From: an uncultured Candidatus Rokubacteria bacterium
GTDB taxonomy: Bacteria; Methylomirabilota; Methylomirabilia; Rokubacteriales; DASRDR01
Assembly: GCA_963708025.1 (NCBI GenBank)
Contig: CAVPSB010000034.1
Coordinates: 166,440 to 230,439 of the forward strand
Length of the DNA: 64,000 nt
Direction of reading: 5' to 3'
Shown: one piece after another, positions 62,663 to 64,000 of the stretch
How the letters are laid out: the number at the start of each line of letters is the position of its first letter
Position numbering within the stretch: the first letter of the stretch is position 1
Notes under the pieces: generated by a model
Databases searched by the model: none
Told to the model about the DNA's origin: nothing
Seen by the model: only the letters and a program-made list of their open reading frames with translations
Made by a program: the position numbers and the translations under genes

Positions 62663-63093
62663 GGGTAGTGCTCGATACGAACGTCATCGTCTCCGCGACG
62701 CTCATTCGAGGTGGCAACGAGGACAAGATACTCCGCGCGTGGCAGCGTGGTGCGTTCGAGTTGGTGCTCTCGTCCGAGATCCTCGAGGAGATTGGACGAG
62801 TACTCTCGTACGAGAAGCTCCGCCAATCCCGATGGATGACCGAGGCCGAGGTCGTGCTCTTGCTCGAGACGTTGGCTCAGGAGGGTGTCTTGGTACCAGG
62901 AACGACGAGTGTGAAAGCGAGCCGTGATCCGGAGGACGACAAGTTTCTGGCTGCGGCGGTGCAGGCTCGGGCTCGCTATGTCGTGACGGGTGACTACGAC
63001 TTGCTGGATCTGAAGGTGCACCGCGGCGTGCGCATGATCAAGCCTGCCCAGTTCCTCCGGGCCATTCTGGGGCGCGAACGGAGGAGGCGGTAG
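62659..63093 (+). CDS. PIN-domain toxin
   Basis: VVLDTNVIVSA, RDPEDDKFL, VTGDYDLL. Confidence 0.92.
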   Translation: MRVVLDTNVIVSATLIRGGNEDKILRAWQRGAFELVLSSEILEEIGRVLSYEKLRQSRWMTEAEVVLLLETLAQEGVLVPGTTSVKASRDPEDDKFLAAAVQARARYVVTGDYDLLDLKVHRGVRMIKPAQFLRAILGRERRRR

Positions 63094-63154
63094 GGGCAGG
63101 CCGAGGGTCGGCCTTGTGGGCGCGAAGGGTCTCTGGGGCTCCGCGGAATCGGGG

Positions 63155-63686
63155 CCGACATCGGCCGGGGCATCGGGCTCCCGTACGCCACGCTCCAGCG
63201 CTACATGACCCTGCTCCAGACGACGTTCCTCGTATGCCGACCTGGGCCACGAATCTCGGGAGCCGGGTCACGAAGGCGCCGAGGGTGGCGTTCGTCGATG
63301 CGGGCCTCGCCGCGGCGCTGCTCCAGCTGACCCAGGCGCGCCTGCTCGGCGAGCCGGTTCTATGGGGCGGCCTGCTGGAGACCTTCGTCGGGCTCGAGCT
63401 GCTCAAGCAAGCGTCCTGGCACCCGGATCCCCCGCAGCTCTTTCACTTCCGGATGCCCAAGGGGGCCGAGGTGGACCTCGTCCTCGAGCGGAATGGCCAT
63501 GGGGTCGGCGTGGAAGTGCGGTCCGCCCAGACCGTGACCGCCGAGGACTTCAAGGGACTCAAGGCGCTGGCCGAGCTGGCCAGTCGCCGGTTCCATCGCG
63601 GCCTCGTGCTCTACCTGGGGCGCCAGGCGGCGGCCTTCGGGCCGAACCTCCAGGCGGTCCCGCTCACGGCGCTGTGGGAGTGGTAG
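63155..63686 (+). pseudogene. C-terminal fragment of AAA+ ATPase/DUF4143 protein
   Basis: TLQRYMTLLQTTFL (other frame), KAPRVAFVDAGL, LLETFV, EVDLVLE; ATPase N-terminus absent. Confidence 0.75.
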
Positions 63687-63690
63687 GCGA

Positions 63691-64000
63691 GTGAGACGAA
63701 TCGGCAACCGGTGGATCACGGCCATGGCGGACTACCTGGATGCCGAGGGCTGCCTGGTGGACATGCCGGCCCCGGCGAGAAACCTGGCCAATCATCTCGG
63801 GGCGATCGTGACGGCCCTGACGAGTCAACCGCCCGGGGAGCTGCGGCAGACGTCCGTCAGGTGCCGGCGGCGTCCAGGCCGGCGCCCCTGTGTCGGGCGG
63901 ATCCGAACGGTCATCGAGGTCGACTCCGGACAGATCTCGTGGGAGTGCCCGGCGTGTGGCGACAACGGGATCATCCATCACTGGGAGGGGACGCCCTGGG
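63691..64000 (+). CDS. Hypothetical Zn-ribbon protein (3' end outside window)
   Basis: Manual translation: VRCRRRPGRRPC...WECPACGDNGIIHHWEGTPW. Confidence 0.65.
   Translation, partial: MRRIGNRWITAMADYLDAEGCLVDMPAPARNLANHLGAIVTALTSQPPGELRQTSVRCRRRPGRRPCVGRIRTVIEVDSGQISWECPACGDNGIIHHWEGTPW

Overview
High-GC bacterial DNA. The 7-GAF kinase, STAND-type cyclase and IS repertoire suggest Rokubacteria/Methylomirabilota (inference). Many single-base frameshifts in housekeeping genes look like uncorrected long-read indels. Positions 1-36312 are core-like: sugar ABC transporter, CoA metabolism, a sigma54/NtrC-controlled glnK-amtB unit, an MCP, an NAD-linked formate dehydrogenase with a fused diaphorase subunit, an MJ0158/SelA-like PLP enzyme, a giant S8 protease with 11 CARDB-like repeats, menaquinone genes, tRNA-Gln and tRNA-Glu. 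From 36313 onward is an accessory region with three tandem tRNA-Glu-derived att junctions (36267-36315, 42514-42558, 59200-59216) that share arm motifs, but no integrase is visible. It carries several IS elements, an extra groESL behind YtrA-type operators, and an IS4 whose transposase is split by an 881-nt ORF-less group II intron with matching EBS/IBS pairings. It also holds signalling genes, an XPB helicase + DUF790 (Bax1-like) nuclease pair and an RHH-PIN toxin-antitoxin pair. Top candidates for novelty: the ORF-less intron in the IS4 transposase, the integrase-less att array, a membrane protein with two PmoC/AmoC-like metal motifs, and YtrA-like control of groESL.
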